From the NCBI GenBank assembly GCA_965247535.1, contig OZ252018.1, forward strand, positions 1,909,540 to 1,973,539: DNA of 64,000 bases, given 5' to 3'. The first letter of the stretch is position 1. Each line of letters begins with the position of its first letter. The DNA is from Dehalococcoidia bacterium (GTDB lineage Bacteria > Chloroflexota > Dehalococcoidia > Lucifugimonadales > UBA2985). The notes under the pieces were generated by a model. It did not search any database and was not told where the DNA came from. It was given only the letters and a program-made list of their open reading frames with translations. Of the stretch, positions 17,991-27,894 are shown piece after piece. Position numbers and translations under genes: made by a program.

Positions 17991-18746
17991 CTACTCGAAG
18001 GTAGATGCGTCCTCGCCAACCCACTTGACCAGGAGCGTGTTCAGGGAGCCGTCGGCCTTCATCGACGCCAGCGCCTCATCGAGCTTGCCCTTCAAGTCGC
18101 TGTCCTTGCGCACCCCGACGCCGAGCCCCCGGTCAAGGACCACGGTTGGTCCCACGATGGCCAGCCGGCCCTCGAACCCCTCCAGCTTCTCCACGGCGTA
18201 TCCGTGGTCCACCAGGGAGGCGTCTATGTCACCACCGAGCAGCGCATCCGCCAGGTCTATCTCGCCCTCGAGTGACACGAAGGGTGTGCCCTGCTCCGTG
18301 AAGTAGTCGGAGTATATGGTGTTGGCGGTTGCGCCGAGAGTGCCCTGGATGGCGGCGTCGCCTTCGCCGGCCCTCGCCAGGTACACCGATGGCGTAGGCG
18401 GGTAGTAGGCCTCCGTGAAGTCGATCGTCTCCTCCCGCTCGGCGGTGATGCTCATGCCCGCGAAGATCGCATCGAACTCCTCTGCAACTAGGTCCGGGAT
18501 CATCGATTCCCAGTCATTCTGGACCCACTCGCACTCCAGATCGGCGCGGCTACACAGCTCGTCGCCAAGTTCACGCTCCAGGCCGTCTATCTCGCCATCG
18601 TCGTTTACAAAGTTGAAGGGATCGTAGCTGCCGTCGCTGGCGATCACCACCGGTTCAGTCTCACTGCATGAGGTCAGTGCCGCTACGAGTGCGGCCGACA
18701 GCAGAATCACTCCCACGAGGTACAAGAATCGGAATCTCGATTTCAT
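17991..18746 (-). CDS. Family-3 amino-acid ABC substrate-binding lipoprotein (no partner permease/ATPase nearby)
   Basis: ORF 17991..18860 trimmed to ATG 18746 (MKSRFRFLYLVGVILLSAALVAALTSC: signal peptide plus lipobox). DPFNFV...GLERELGDELC...AIFAGMSITAEREETIDFTEAYY pattern. Confidence 0.8.
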   Translation of the reverse strand: MKSRFRFLYLVGVILLSAALVAALTSCSETEPVVIASDGSYDPFNFVNDDGEIDGLERELGDELCSRADLECEWVQNDWESMIPDLVAEEFDAIFAGMSITAEREETIDFTEAYYPPTPSVYLARAGEGDAAIQGTLGATANTIYSDYFTEQGTPFVSLEGEIDLADALLGGDIDASLVDHGYAVEKLEGFEGRLAIVGPTVVLDRGLGVGVRKDSDLKGKLDEALASMKADGSLNTLLVKWVGEDASTFE

Positions 18747-19029
18747 GGTCGCTCCTATCGGGCAACTCTCAGCCAGCGTCCGCAACCGCAGGGCTACCCG
18801 CACACCTGCAATGTGCAAGCTATTGCCACCATTGAGAGTATAGCGTTGCGGCCGGGACATTCAACCACCCGCGCCTGTCGTGGACTCAGCTAGAATGGGG
18901 CAAAGAATACGCTCCGCGCAGGTGCATACCTACCTCTGTCGTCGCACGTCTTCTGGTTGACTACTAAAATTGTCACGTCCGCAAGCTGAATGCTAATGTA
19001 CACGCAGCGGAACGCTTGGGGGTGGCCTA

Positions 19030-19518
19030 ATGACATATGGCAGGGAAAGTAGACAAGGGCCGACGTCAATTGCGTCGGAGCGTGGCGCAACCGAGACGCT
19101 GACCCTGCCGGATGAACTCATCCTGATGCTCCTCAATGAGGAGAACGGCTACTTCCATCAGGTGCCGGGCTGGAACCTGAACTGCGTCGTCATCGGCGCC
19201 GTGCTTGCGGAGCAGTCTCTCATGAATCGCGTTGACACGGACCTCGAGTCGCTGTTCCTCGTGGACCAGACTGAAACGGGCAACCCGGTCCTGGACCCCG
19301 TCCTAAAGACGATCGCTTCCCAAACAGGTACGCACAGCTGCCTTGGGTCCAGATGGATGGAACTGCAGCTGGCAGTGAACGTCATGATGCTCGCGCGTCA
19401 CTTCACCTTCGAGGTTTCCCTCAGCAAGTACAAGGATAAGCTGAAGATCAACTCCCTTCCCTCACTGAAGCCCCATAAGTCCTTGAAGCTCTTGGTTACC
19501 GAAAAGCGCGGCCTCTAG
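19030..19518 (+). pseudogene. Chimeric ORF: GPP34/GOLPH3-like N-terminal fragment fused in frame to a cytochrome P450 C-terminal (heme-loop to C-terminus) fragment
   Basis: Residues ~23-98 (LTLPDELILMLLNEENGY...VVIGAVLAEQSLMNRV...ETGNPVLDPVLKTIAS) follow the GPP34 pattern. Residues ~99-162 (GTHSCLGSRWMELQLAVNVMMLARHFTFEV...SLKLLVTEKR) follow the P450 GxHxCxG heme loop, L-helix and C-terminal strand. At 162 aa it is too short for either family. Confidence 0.5.
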
Positions 19519-21983
19519 GGTCCCTGCTCGTGGCGCCGGTGCACGGCGTCGATGGCCACGTCCAGCTCGTTCGCCCAGTTCTGCACCATCGAGCGCAGCC
19601 GCATGTTCTGGTAGGCGCCCCAGACCGTCATCGCGGGCGGCACCAAAAGGGTGGAGACGATGAGCGAGTAGGCGATGGTGATCGCCGCCGTGAAGCCGAA
19701 CTGCTGTGAAGCGGCCAGAGGCGAGGCGACCAGTACTCCCAACCCGAGCGCTGTCGTAAGCGCGGAGCCCAGCAGCGCCGAACCGGTTGTGGCCAGCGTT
19801 CGAATCGCCGCCTGCTCCGGGTTGCGTTCCTTGGCGTACTCCTCGCGGTAACGGTGAATTACGTGGATGGTGTAGTCGACTCCAATCCCGATCGAAAGCG
19901 CCGTGATGATGGATGTGATGAGCGAATAGGGGATGCCAAGCAGGGCCATTGTGCCCAGCACGGAGATGAGGACGAGGATGATCGGCCCAACGGCAATGAA
20001 CGCCAGCGCGGGCTGACGTAGCGTAACCCAGAAGAAGAGCGCGAGCACACTGAGGGCAACTACGATGGTGACGCTGATCGCCTCCGTTAGCCGCTCCGTT
20101 ATTGCATCCGTAACGGTAACTGAGATGATGCTGTCGGACGTTGCCGTGACGCTTTCATCGTCGCCGAGCCAGAGGGCCTCAATGTCCCCCTGAAGCGACT
20201 TGGTGAGCGCAGGGACGCCCGAAACAGTCGGAATCTCAACCAGTATCACGTCGATGCCGTCAGGATTGTTGACGAGGACCCGCTCGACGGCTGGATCCAT
20301 CGCTGCCATCCTGTCGATGAACTCCTGCATCAAGCCAGGGTTCAGCTGTACACCGGACGATGCTTCCCGGAAGAGTGCGGCGAGCTCCGGATCGTACTTG
20401 CCGTCGGAAGCTCCGCTGTCGGTGGTCCAGTCCTCGGCAAGCAGGGCGTAGGATGCCTGAATCGGCCCCGCGGCTGCGCCTGGCCGGCGCTGTTCGTCTG
20501 CGAATGCGGCCGTAAGGTCCTGCAGGTTGAGAAGCGTGCGGGTCTCCGTGGCCTCGGCCTTGATGAGGACGCTCGCGAGCTCGGTGGAGCCACCGACGGC
20601 CGCATCAAGGGTGTCCATGTCCTGCAGCAGGCTTCCTCCTCGAGGCAGGACGTCGCGGATGCTGAACTCCGATTCGAGGTCTGTGGCCAGGACGCCCAGC
20701 ACGGCGGTTACCAGTACAACGGCAGCAATGTACGGGGCCGGCCTGCGGGTGACACCTCTGCCAAGCATCTCCGCGACGCGCTCCACCCCGGGCAATGCAC
20801 CTGAGATCGGGCGGGGTGGCGACAGCCTCCCTCGCGCCTCGCGCCGCCGGTCGATGATTGTCCGGCCGGCCGGCAGCAGCGTCAGCATCACAATGAGGCT
20901 GAGACCCACGCCCAGTCCCGCGTTGATGCCGAAATCACCGACGATTCCAATCGGAGAGAAGAGGCTGGCCAGGAGGCTCACAATTGTCGTGACGGCGGCC
21001 AGGATGAGCGGGGCGGTGACGTTGCGTAGTCCGGTTCGTGCGGCGTCGGCCACCGGCAGGCCGGCAATGCGCTGCTCGCGATAGTGCGACACTATCTGAA
21101 TGGCATAGTCAACCGTGAGACCTATTATGATCACCGGCGTCAACGTCGTTAGTGAGTTCGGTGGGCCGGTTAGTCCCAGGCCATTGGGGCCCAGCCAGCC
21201 CTCCACCCCGACGGTCGCCATTAGGGCCAGTAGAAGCCCCAACAGAGTGAGAAGCAGATCAGAGAGCGTGCGCAGGAAGAGCAGGAGAATTCCGGCGATC
21301 AGCAGGAACGCCAACCCAATCAGTGGCGCCATCCCCTCTTCCGTAGCCCTCTTGTACTCATCCTCTACAATGACGGGCGAGATGCTGGTGACCTGCAACG
21401 GCCCCTCATCCGCGGCCGCCAGCTTGCCTATCCGCCTCTCGGCTTCCGCCACGCGGTCGTCTCCCGTGTCCCGCAGGCGGACCACGGCGATGGCGACCTC
21501 CGTGCCGTCCGTGTCCGTGCCCGTGAGCGCGTAGAACGCGGCCCGCAGCTCGGGAAGGGCCGGCGCGTCGTCGACCTGTGCGCGGGTGACCGACTCGAAG
21601 CTGTCCACCTGGAGCATGGCCTGCACCAGGAACGTCGGCGCGGCCACGGGATTGTCGTGGGCAAGCAGCTCTCCCACGGCCGGGTCTGTTACGATCCTGT
21701 TGAGCAGGTCTGCCATCTGGGACAGGCCGCCGGGCGAGATGGCGTCCCCGCGGAACAGAAGCGTGACGACTCGTCCCGCGCCGAACTCTCCAAAGTACTC
21801 ATCGATTTCGGCAAGCGCCAGCGCTACCGGCCCACCCTCTGGTAGAGTATCGGCTGTCTCCGGCAGAGGTGCACGGAGCGGAGCACCCGCGCCAAGCGCG
21901 ACAACGACGGCGAACATCACCACCAGTGCGATTTTGGGACGGGCCGTGACCAGGCCGCTAAACTTGCCCAGAATCGCGTTCAT
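19515..21983 (-). CDS. MMPL / RND-superfamily membrane exporter
   Basis: 822 aa. Two blocks of ~6 TM helices, each preceded by a large soluble loop. Sequence style is typical of MMPL/YdfJ proteins. Confidence 0.85.
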   Translation of the reverse strand: MNAILGKFSGLVTARPKIALVVMFAVVVALGAGAPLRAPLPETADTLPEGGPVALALAEIDEYFGEFGAGRVVTLLFRGDAISPGGLSQMADLLNRIVTDPAVGELLAHDNPVAAPTFLVQAMLQVDSFESVTRAQVDDAPALPELRAAFYALTGTDTDGTEVAIAVVRLRDTGDDRVAEAERRIGKLAAADEGPLQVTSISPVIVEDEYKRATEEGMAPLIGLAFLLIAGILLLFLRTLSDLLLTLLGLLLALMATVGVEGWLGPNGLGLTGPPNSLTTLTPVIIIGLTVDYAIQIVSHYREQRIAGLPVADAARTGLRNVTAPLILAAVTTIVSLLASLFSPIGIVGDFGINAGLGVGLSLIVMLTLLPAGRTIIDRRREARGRLSPPRPISGALPGVERVAEMLGRGVTRRPAPYIAAVVLVTAVLGVLATDLESEFSIRDVLPRGGSLLQDMDTLDAAVGGSTELASVLIKAEATETRTLLNLQDLTAAFADEQRRPGAAAGPIQASYALLAEDWTTDSGASDGKYDPELAALFREASSGVQLNPGLMQEFIDRMAAMDPAVERVLVNNPDGIDVILVEIPTVSGVPALTKSLQGDIEALWLGDDESVTATSDSIISVTVTDAITERLTEAISVTIVVALSVLALFFWVTLRQPALAFIAVGPIILVLISVLGTMALLGIPYSLITSIITALSIGIGVDYTIHVIHRYREEYAKERNPEQAAIRTLATTGSALLGSALTTALGLGVLVASPLAASQQFGFTAAITIAYSLIVSTLLVPPAMTVWGAYQNMRLRSMVQNWANELDVAIDAVHRRHEQGP

Positions 21984-22062
21984 ATTGAGCGCGCTCCTCT
22001 CCGCCGCGGGGGGCGGATTTTCAGGCAGAGGCGACCTTTGCCCTCACTCACGGCCTGAATCG

Positions 22063-23139
22063 CTAACGCTCCCCACCATCGGCCCGGCTGGGAACGGGCG
22101 CGCTGGACGCTTCGGGAGCGGGATAGAACTGGCGGCAGTACCTGCGGTAGGGCATGATGTCGCCGTCCAGCCGGAAGAGGCGCGGCTGGGATCGGTACTT
22201 CTTGCGGCCCCATATGGCGATGTCCTTCTTGATGTCCTTTATCTGCTGGGACGCAACGAACTTGTTCAGGATGGGCGCGCGCATTTTCAGGGGGAGAAAG
22301 CCCAGTCCGCTGAAGATGCGCTTTGGGCCGCGTATCTCCCTTACCTGTAACAAAATCGACAGGTCAATTAGCATACCATCCACCGGAGTCGCGAATACCC
22401 AAAGTCGCATATCCATGCCAATGGAGTGCTCCCGAATGTCAACCTGGGAGATGCCGAGTCCGTACACGAATGTACTGGCAGAAATTTCGTAGCTGACAGA
22501 AAACAGACCAACGATCTTCTTGGTGGTGTTGAAGTCAAAGCGACTCTCCAGGCGGTGTCCTTCCACGACCAGAGGCGCGGCGCGACTCACTCCCCCAAAG
22601 CCGTGGACGTAATTCAGGTGGGAGAAGTCGACGGCGTTCTCGGTTGTCTCCTGAGGGTGACCGATGAAGCGCAGGTTCCTGAACTCCGTGGATTGCCAGC
22701 CTTCCGCATTCTCCGGCGGCTCGGGCATGGGCCACTGAGGCTCGCGCCCGTCGATACCCCACCAGGCGAAGACAAGCCCCATCATCTCTCTGGTCTCGAA
22801 CACGCGAAGCCGCGCCATCGGCGGCGAGTCGCCGTAGGGAGTGTTCACGCACTGGCCCGTCGTATCGTATTCAAAGCCGTGGAACGGGCAGACGAGCCGC
22901 CCGCCGACGATGCGCCCGCCAACGTCGGGACAGAGCGACGCGCCTAGGTGCGGACAGAACGCTTCGGCCAGTCACATGCGACCGTCTCCGTCCATCCAGG
23001 CCACTATCTTCTCCCCCATCCAGTCCCGATGGAAGAGCCCTGCCTGCTCGATTACCCGCCGGGGTGCAACGAGATACCAGCCCTCGGGGAACGGGGATGG
23101 AAGAGGAGTATCTCTGAGCTCTCTGCGTCGAGTCGTCAT
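22063..23139 (-). pseudogene. Rieske [2Fe-2S] non-heme-iron oxygenase (KshA/Neverland-like) interrupted by one in-frame TGA at 22972-22974
   Basis: ORFs 22972..23436 (from ATG 23139) and 22063..22848 are in the same frame. Reading through gives ...IVAWMDGDGRM*LAEAFCPHLGASLCPDVGGRIVGGRLVCPFHGFEYDTTGQCV..., with Rieske CxH...CxxH. The downstream part has ENAVDFSHLNYVH (mononuclear Fe motif). Confidence 0.8.
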
Positions 23140-23454
23140 GGTACCCGATCCGCTAGCGGCTCCCTCGCGGCAATTTAGGCGTGATTCCCTGTATTCGCTT
23201 GGTGTTTGCTCATTCAGCCGAATGCAGCTGCTCGTGTCACTATATCGCCAGTGCCTCGAATTGGTCAAGCTGACGTGCTTGCGTGGAGAAGCTCGCGGCT
23301 CCAAATGGGTCGCGGGAGGGAGGGCGGCTCGCAACCGGCTTACCTGGCTGGCATATAGTCGGGCATTCAGACATAATGTCAAGAAGCGGCGTCCGCTGCC
23401 GACCTGCTCGGCGCCATGGCCCACCAACCACTCCACGCACGAAAGGAGAGCAAC

Positions 23455-23826
23455 ATGAATCTCGGAGCGTTTTCCGTCAGCTTGGCCGTTGCAGACCTCA
23501 GCGCATCCCGCGACTTCTATGAGAAGCTAGGCTTCGAGGTCGTCGGGGGCGCCGCTGAGGAGAACTGGCTAATCCTCAGGAATCGCCATCACACAATCGG
23601 CCTGTTCCACGAGATGTTCGACAGGAACATCCTCACCTTCAACCCCGGCTGGGACGACTTCGCACAGCCCCTCGACGAGTTTACGGATGTACGAGAGCTG
23701 CAGCGCAGCCTCAAGTCCGGGGGCGTTAGCCTCGCCATGGAAGCGGACGAGTCGACCACTGGGCCTGGCAGTTTCGTGGTAGTCGACCCGGACGGCAACC
23801 CCATCCTCGTCGACCAACACGTCTGA
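23455..23826 (+). CDS. VOC / glyoxalase-bleomycin-resistance family protein
   Basis: ORF 23416.. trimmed to ATG 23455, preceded by AAGGAGAG. LGAFSVSLAVADLSASRDFYEKLGFEVV ... VVVDPDGNPILVDQH. Confidence 0.8.
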   Translation: MNLGAFSVSLAVADLSASRDFYEKLGFEVVGGAAEENWLILRNRHHTIGLFHEMFDRNILTFNPGWDDFAQPLDEFTDVRELQRSLKSGGVSLAMEADESTTGPGSFVVVDPDGNPILVDQHV

Positions 23827-23905
23827 CCCCGCGCCTCGGGATACGACTGGGAACGCCTGCCGTGCAGCCGGTCGGCGGCGTGAAGTGGACTGAGGGGTAG
23901 CGAGC

Positions 23906-24241
23906 ATGGAGATTCTAAATCTGCGAGCAGCGGGGATGGTCGTTGGTGGGCTTGGATCCGCGGCAGGTCTGTTCGGCGTCGCGAACGCGCTGGTCAGGCA
24001 CGAGCCCGGCGTGGCGCCCGGCCCCGGCGACGCGGGAGCCCTGACCGTGTACGGAGTGGCGGCTCTCTGCGCCTATGCCGTCGGGCTGCTGGGAGCGTTG
24101 TTGGCCAACAGCCAGCCCAGGCTGGCAGTGACGCTCATGTTGCTGGGCGCAGTCTCCGGCATGCTTGTGCCCAACGTACCGGCAATGGCGCTCTTGGTAT
24201 TCGGAGCAATCCTGACCTACTCCGGCCGGAACGACGGGTAA
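23906..24241 (+). CDS. Small hypothetical membrane protein (3 predicted TM helices)
   Basis: 111 aa, Gly/Ala/Leu-rich hydrophobic segments. No recognisable family. Confidence 0.45.
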   Translation: MEILNLRAAGMVVGGLGSAAGLFGVANALVRHEPGVAPGPGDAGALTVYGVAALCAYAVGLLGALLANSQPRLAVTLMLLGAVSGMLVPNVPAMALLVFGAILTYSGRNDG

Positions 24242-24546
24242 GGGGTTCGACGTGAGGCGGTCATCAAGCAACACCTGGCCGACGAGTACGAGCCCGCAGC
24301 TCAGCGACGCTCACCAATTCGCGCCTACTTCATCGCCAAGGGTTTCCGGTGGCGATATTGCCTTCGGGGCGGCACTAGCTGCTCGGTCCGCGCTTCAGGC
24401 GCGAGCAACAGTTCCTTAAGACTTGGTTTCGTTTGCGGATTCTCTTTCATGGCTCGCTCCAAGCTCAACTGAACAGTTGCCAGATTAATCTCACGACCGA
24501 CTAAATCAAGCCCCGCTCTACCCCGCACGCGCCCCAGCCCCACGTA

Positions 24547-24576
24547 TTGCGCACTAGGCCTGCGCGGTTGTACTAT
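24547..24576 (+). promoter_or_regulatory. Possible sigma70-like promoter upstream of tRNA-Leu (TTGCGC-N18-TACTAT)
   Basis: Hexamers read directly. It would give an ~80-nt leader before the tRNA, so the assignment is tentative. Confidence 0.3.
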
Positions 24577-24661
24577 GGAAGTGTGGGGCATCGGCGCAGG
24601 CTCGACCGGTCGGCGAGCGGCCGGACGGGCCTTAGCGTGGAGCAGCCCACGCCATACCAAT

Positions 24662-24748
24662 GCCGAAGTGGCGGAACGGCAGACGCGCTGCGTTCAGGGC
24701 GCAGTGTCCCTTGCGGACGTGGGAGTTCAAATCTCCCCTTCGGCACCA
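24662..24748 (+). tRNA. tRNA-Leu (anticodon CAG), CCA encoded
   Basis: GCCGAAG acceptor pairs with CTTCGGC. Anticodon stem CTGCG/CGCAG with loop TTCAGGG (CAG). Long variable arm GTCCCTTGCGGAC. T-arm GGGAGTTCAAATCTCCC. Terminal ACCA. Very similar to E. coli tRNA-Leu(CAG). Confidence 0.95.
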
Positions 24749-24876
24749 TCAACCCTTCACATACGGCCAGGCGAGGTATCACGCGCAGGCGCGCGCCGGA
24801 GGCACACTGGCCGCACCTGGCCTGCCTGCGCCGTGACCAGCGCCATTCCCCTGTGTGATATCATCAGAACGGCACA

Positions 24877-25749
24877 ATGAAGAGCGAACTCGTAAGGTCG
24901 GACCCGGATAGCCGCTGGCTGCGGTCGGGCGACCTCAACATGCACTACCTTGACTGGGGCGGCTCCGGGCAGGCGCTTATAGCGCTGCACGGCGCGGCTT
25001 CATCGAGCCACTGGTACGACCTGGTAATTCCGCACCTCGACTGCGAAAGTCGAGTCATCGCGCCTGACCAGCGCGCCCACGGCAAGACCGACCAGCCCTC
25101 GACAGGCTACGACTGGCGCACCCTCGCCGGCGACGTGGTGGGCGCCCTCGACCAGCTCGGCATCGAGAAGGCCGTGGTGATGGGCCACTCCTGGGGCGCC
25201 AGTACGGCCCTTGGTATCGCAGCCTACCACCCGGACCGCACGCAGGCCCTCATCATGGTCGACGGCGGATTCGGCGGGCGGCGCTCGCCGGAGATGACCT
25301 GGGAGGAGTTCAAGACCAGGCTCAGCCCCAGGGACATATACGGACCCCGAGAGCGGTATCTGGGCACCCTGCGGCAGCAGTTCGCCCACTGCTGGAGCGA
25401 CAAGCTGGAGCAGATGGTGATGAGCATGGTGCGTGTGGACCCCGACGGCAGCGTCCACGAGCGTCTGGAGCTATCGAACCAGCAGCAGATGCTCTGGGCC
25501 ATGTGGTCGGAGCCGACCGGTGAGCTGATGCCACACGTCCGCTGTCCCACTCTGATGGTGGCCGCGGCGGGCCGCCAGCCGATTGCGAACCCGGAGATGC
25601 TGGAGCGACGCCGCGCGAGCGTGGAGGCGGCGCAGGCGGCCATGCCGGACGCCAGGGTGGAGTGGATCCAGGACACGGGCCACGACATCGGATACGAGAA
25701 GCCGGAAGAGCTGGCCTCCGTCATCGGAGAGTTCCTTACAACACTCTGA
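24877..25749 (+). CDS. Alpha/beta-fold hydrolase
   Basis: 290 aa. Oxyanion HGAASS, nucleophile elbow GHSWG, C-terminal GHDIGYEKPEE. Confidence 0.85.
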   Translation: MKSELVRSDPDSRWLRSGDLNMHYLDWGGSGQALIALHGAASSSHWYDLVIPHLDCESRVIAPDQRAHGKTDQPSTGYDWRTLAGDVVGALDQLGIEKAVVMGHSWGASTALGIAAYHPDRTQALIMVDGGFGGRRSPEMTWEEFKTRLSPRDIYGPRERYLGTLRQQFAHCWSDKLEQMVMSMVRVDPDGSVHERLELSNQQQMLWAMWSEPTGELMPHVRCPTLMVAAAGRQPIANPEMLERRRASVEAAQAAMPDARVEWIQDTGHDIGYEKPEELASVIGEFLTTL

Positions 25750-25798
25750 ACGTACACGCCGTCGGGGAACGGTCAGGCGTCACCTGCGGCGACGGACT

Positions 25799-25827
25799 TT
25801 GATTTCCTTCGCACTTTGGAGTAAGAT
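25799..25827 (+). promoter_or_regulatory. Sigma70-like promoter for ftsH (TTGATT-N17-TAAGAT)
   Basis: Hexamers read directly, ~43 nt upstream of the ftsH ATG. A small hairpin GCTGCG-N7-CGCAGC lies in the leader. Confidence 0.5.
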
Positions 25828-25869
25828 GAAATTGAGCTGCGTGAAATGCGCAGCAGGAACAGGTGTCCA

Positions 25870-27846
25870 ATGAACAGTCAGTGGCTGAGAAACAGCTTTG
25901 TCTACCTCCTCATCATCGTGGCGGTGGTGGCCATTTTCTTCACCTTCTTCCAGGCGCCGTCCGGCTCGCGTGACCTACCTCTGAGCCAGGTGATACAGAT
26001 GGCCAAGGGCCTGCAGATTCGTTCTATAGAGGTGAACGAGGACTCCCTCAAGGTAATAGACAACGGCGGGGACACGTTCAGGTCCCGCAAGGAGAGCAGC
26101 GCGAGCATCGTCCAGGTGCTGACCGACGCCGGCGTGGACGTCACCACACTGGAGATCAAAGTGGCAGGCTCAAGCGGGCTGGGGAGCATCTTCGGTCTGT
26201 TCATAAACTTCCTGCCGATAATCTTCTTCGGGGCCATCATCCTGTTCATGATGCGGCAGGCCCAGGGCAGCAGCAACCAGACCATGAGTTTCGGCCGCAG
26301 CCGCGCGCGCATGTTCGTGGGCAACAAGCCGAGCGTAACCTTCGCGGACGTTGCCGGCATAGAGGAAGCCAAGCAGGAGCTGCAAGAGGTTGTGGAGTTT
26401 CTGCGCTTTCCTGAGCGGTTCGTAGCGCTGGGCGCCAAGATACCAAAGGGCGTACTGCTGGTGGGGCCGCCCGGCACGGGCAAGACGCTGCTGGGGAAGG
26501 CGGTTGCCGGCGAGGCAGGCGTACCCTTCTTCAGCATAAGCGGCAGCGAATTCGTGGAGATGTTTGTGGGCGTGGGCGCCTCGAGGGTGCGCGACCTGTT
26601 CGACCAGGCAAAGCGCAACTCGCCCTGCATCGTCTTCATAGACGAAATTGACGCCGTGGGCAGGCACAGGGGCGCGGGCCTCGGCGGTGGCCATGACGAG
26701 AGGGAGCAGACGCTCAACCAGATCCTGGTGGAGATGGACGGCTTCGACACGGGCGTAAACGTCATAGTGCTAGCGGCCACCAACCGCCCGGACATCCTGG
26801 ACCCTGCCTTGCTCAGGCCTGGCCGGTTCGACAGGCGCGTGGTGCTGGACTCGCCGGACATCATCGGCCGCACCGCCATACTTCAGGTGCACGCCCGAGG
26901 CAAACCCATATCCGGAGAGGTAAGCCTGAACACCGTAGCGCAGCAGACCCCCGGGTTCAGCGGCGCCGACCTCGAGAACCTCATCAACGAGGCCGCAATC
27001 CTCGCGGCCCGCCGCGGCAAGAAGGAGCTTGGCAGAGATGAGTTCGCAGAGGCCATCGACCGGGTAATTGCCGGCCCGGAACGCAAGAGCCGCGTCATCA
27101 GCGCCAGGGAGAAGGAGGTCACCGCCTTCCACGAGGCGGGCCACGCTCTGGTTGCCCACCTACTGCCACACGCCGACACCGTGCACAAGATATCGATCAT
27201 TTCAAGGGGTAGCATGGGAGGCTATACGCGGCTGCTCCCCACCGAGGAGCGCTACCTGATGACCAAGGACCAGTTCACCGACATGCTGGCCACGTCGCTG
27301 GGAGGCCGCGTGGCGGAGGAGCTCACGTTCAACCTGGTCACCACGGGCGCCAGCAACGACCTGGAGCACGCCACGAACGTGGCCCGCCACATGGTGACCC
27401 GCTATGGTATGAGCGAGCGCCTGGGGCCTCGAACCTTCGGCAAGAAGGAAGAGCTGGTCTTCCTGGGCCGCGAGATTTCCGAGCAGCGCGACTACAGCGA
27501 CAAGATCGCGGAAGAGATCGACGACGAGGTGCACAACCTAATACAGGCCGCCTATACCGCTGCAACGCAGCTGCTGACCGACAACCGGCCAAAGCTCTTT
27601 CAGATTGCTGACTACCTGATCAGCAACGAGACCGTGGAGGGCAAGGAGCTCGAGGAGCTGTTCAACTCGACTGCTCCCGAGGTGCAGGATTCACGTCTCA
27701 GGGAGCCTGTCCTCCTGGGCACTAAAGTCAGGAAGCCGGTTACCATGGGGGCGGAAGACAAGGGGAAGGAGCTGGACGAGCCGCGTGACCCAATGGAACC
27801 GGCTCCCACTCCCACCTCGCCCACACCCACGCCACAAGCGGGGTGA
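25870..27846 (+). CDS. ftsH: ATP-dependent zinc metalloprotease FtsH
   Basis: ORF 25846.. trimmed to ATG 25870. Walker [20 protein letters not shown], Walker [13 protein letters not shown] region, Zn site HEAGHALV. Confidence 0.95.
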   Translation: MNSQWLRNSFVYLLIIVAVVAIFFTFFQAPSGSRDLPLSQVIQMAKGLQIRSIEVNEDSLKVIDNGGDTFRSRKESSASIVQVLTDAGVDVTTLEIKVAGSSGLGSIFGLFINFLPIIFFGAIILFMMRQAQGSSNQTMSFGRSRARMFVGNKPSVTFADVAGIEEAKQELQEVVEFLRFPERFVALGAKIPKGVLLVGPPGTGKTLLGKAVAGEAGVPFFSISGSEFVEMFVGVGASRVRDLFDQAKRNSPCIVFIDEIDAVGRHRGAGLGGGHDEREQTLNQILVEMDGFDTGVNVIVLAATNRPDILDPALLRPGRFDRRVVLDSPDIIGRTAILQVHARGKPISGEVSLNTVAQQTPGFSGADLENLINEAAILAARRGKKELGRDEFAEAIDRVIAGPERKSRVISAREKEVTAFHEAGHALVAHLLPHADTVHKISIISRGSMGGYTRLLPTEERYLMTKDQFTDMLATSLGGRVAEELTFNLVTTGASNDLEHATNVARHMVTRYGMSERLGPRTFGKKEELVFLGREISEQRDYSDKIAEEIDDEVHNLIQAAYTAATQLLTDNRPKLFQIADYLISNETVEGKELEELFNSTAPEVQDSRLREPVLLGTKVRKPVTMGAEDKGKELDEPRDPMEPAPTPTSPTPTPQAG

Positions 27847-27858
27847 TTAAGTGCAACC

Positions 27859-27894
27859 CAAGAGGCTCCGTCCCGGTTGGGACGGAGCCTCTTG
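27859..27894. terminator. Perfect 16-bp stem / GGTT-loop hairpin between convergent ftsH and the 86-aa ORF
   Basis: caagaggctccgtccc ggtt gggacggagcctcttg. It starts 13 nt after the ftsH stop and ends directly at the stop of the minus-strand ORF. There is no clear U-tract on either side. Confidence 0.6.

Noticed and set aside
19515-19518. Overlapping convergent stop codons within CTAG
   Set aside because: This is a coincidental consequence of two convergent genes ending in the palindrome CTAG. No functional implication is apparent.
22972-22974. Selenocysteine or reassigned-TGA reading of the in-frame stop in the Rieske gene
   Set aside because: Most genes in the window terminate at TGA, so there is no global reassignment. 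I see no convincing SECIS-like hairpin in the ~40 nt downstream, and Sec is not known at this position in Rieske proteins. It stays a formal possibility in the finding.
23349-23366. Sigma54-like TGGCAT-N..-GGGCA element upstream of the VOC gene
   Set aside because: The GG/GC spacing is off by one, the -12 element lacks TTGC, and there is no enhancer-binding protein gene nearby.
24325-24660. 111-aa minus-strand ORF next to the tRNA
   Set aside because: The upstream two-thirds is R/P/G-rich and runs through the tRNA upstream region. Only the last 41 codons look protein-like (reported as a weak remnant).
25902-26879. 325-aa minus-strand ORF
   Set aside because: It is antisense to ftsH (Walker A/B and the SRH region are on the plus strand). 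Shadow ORF.
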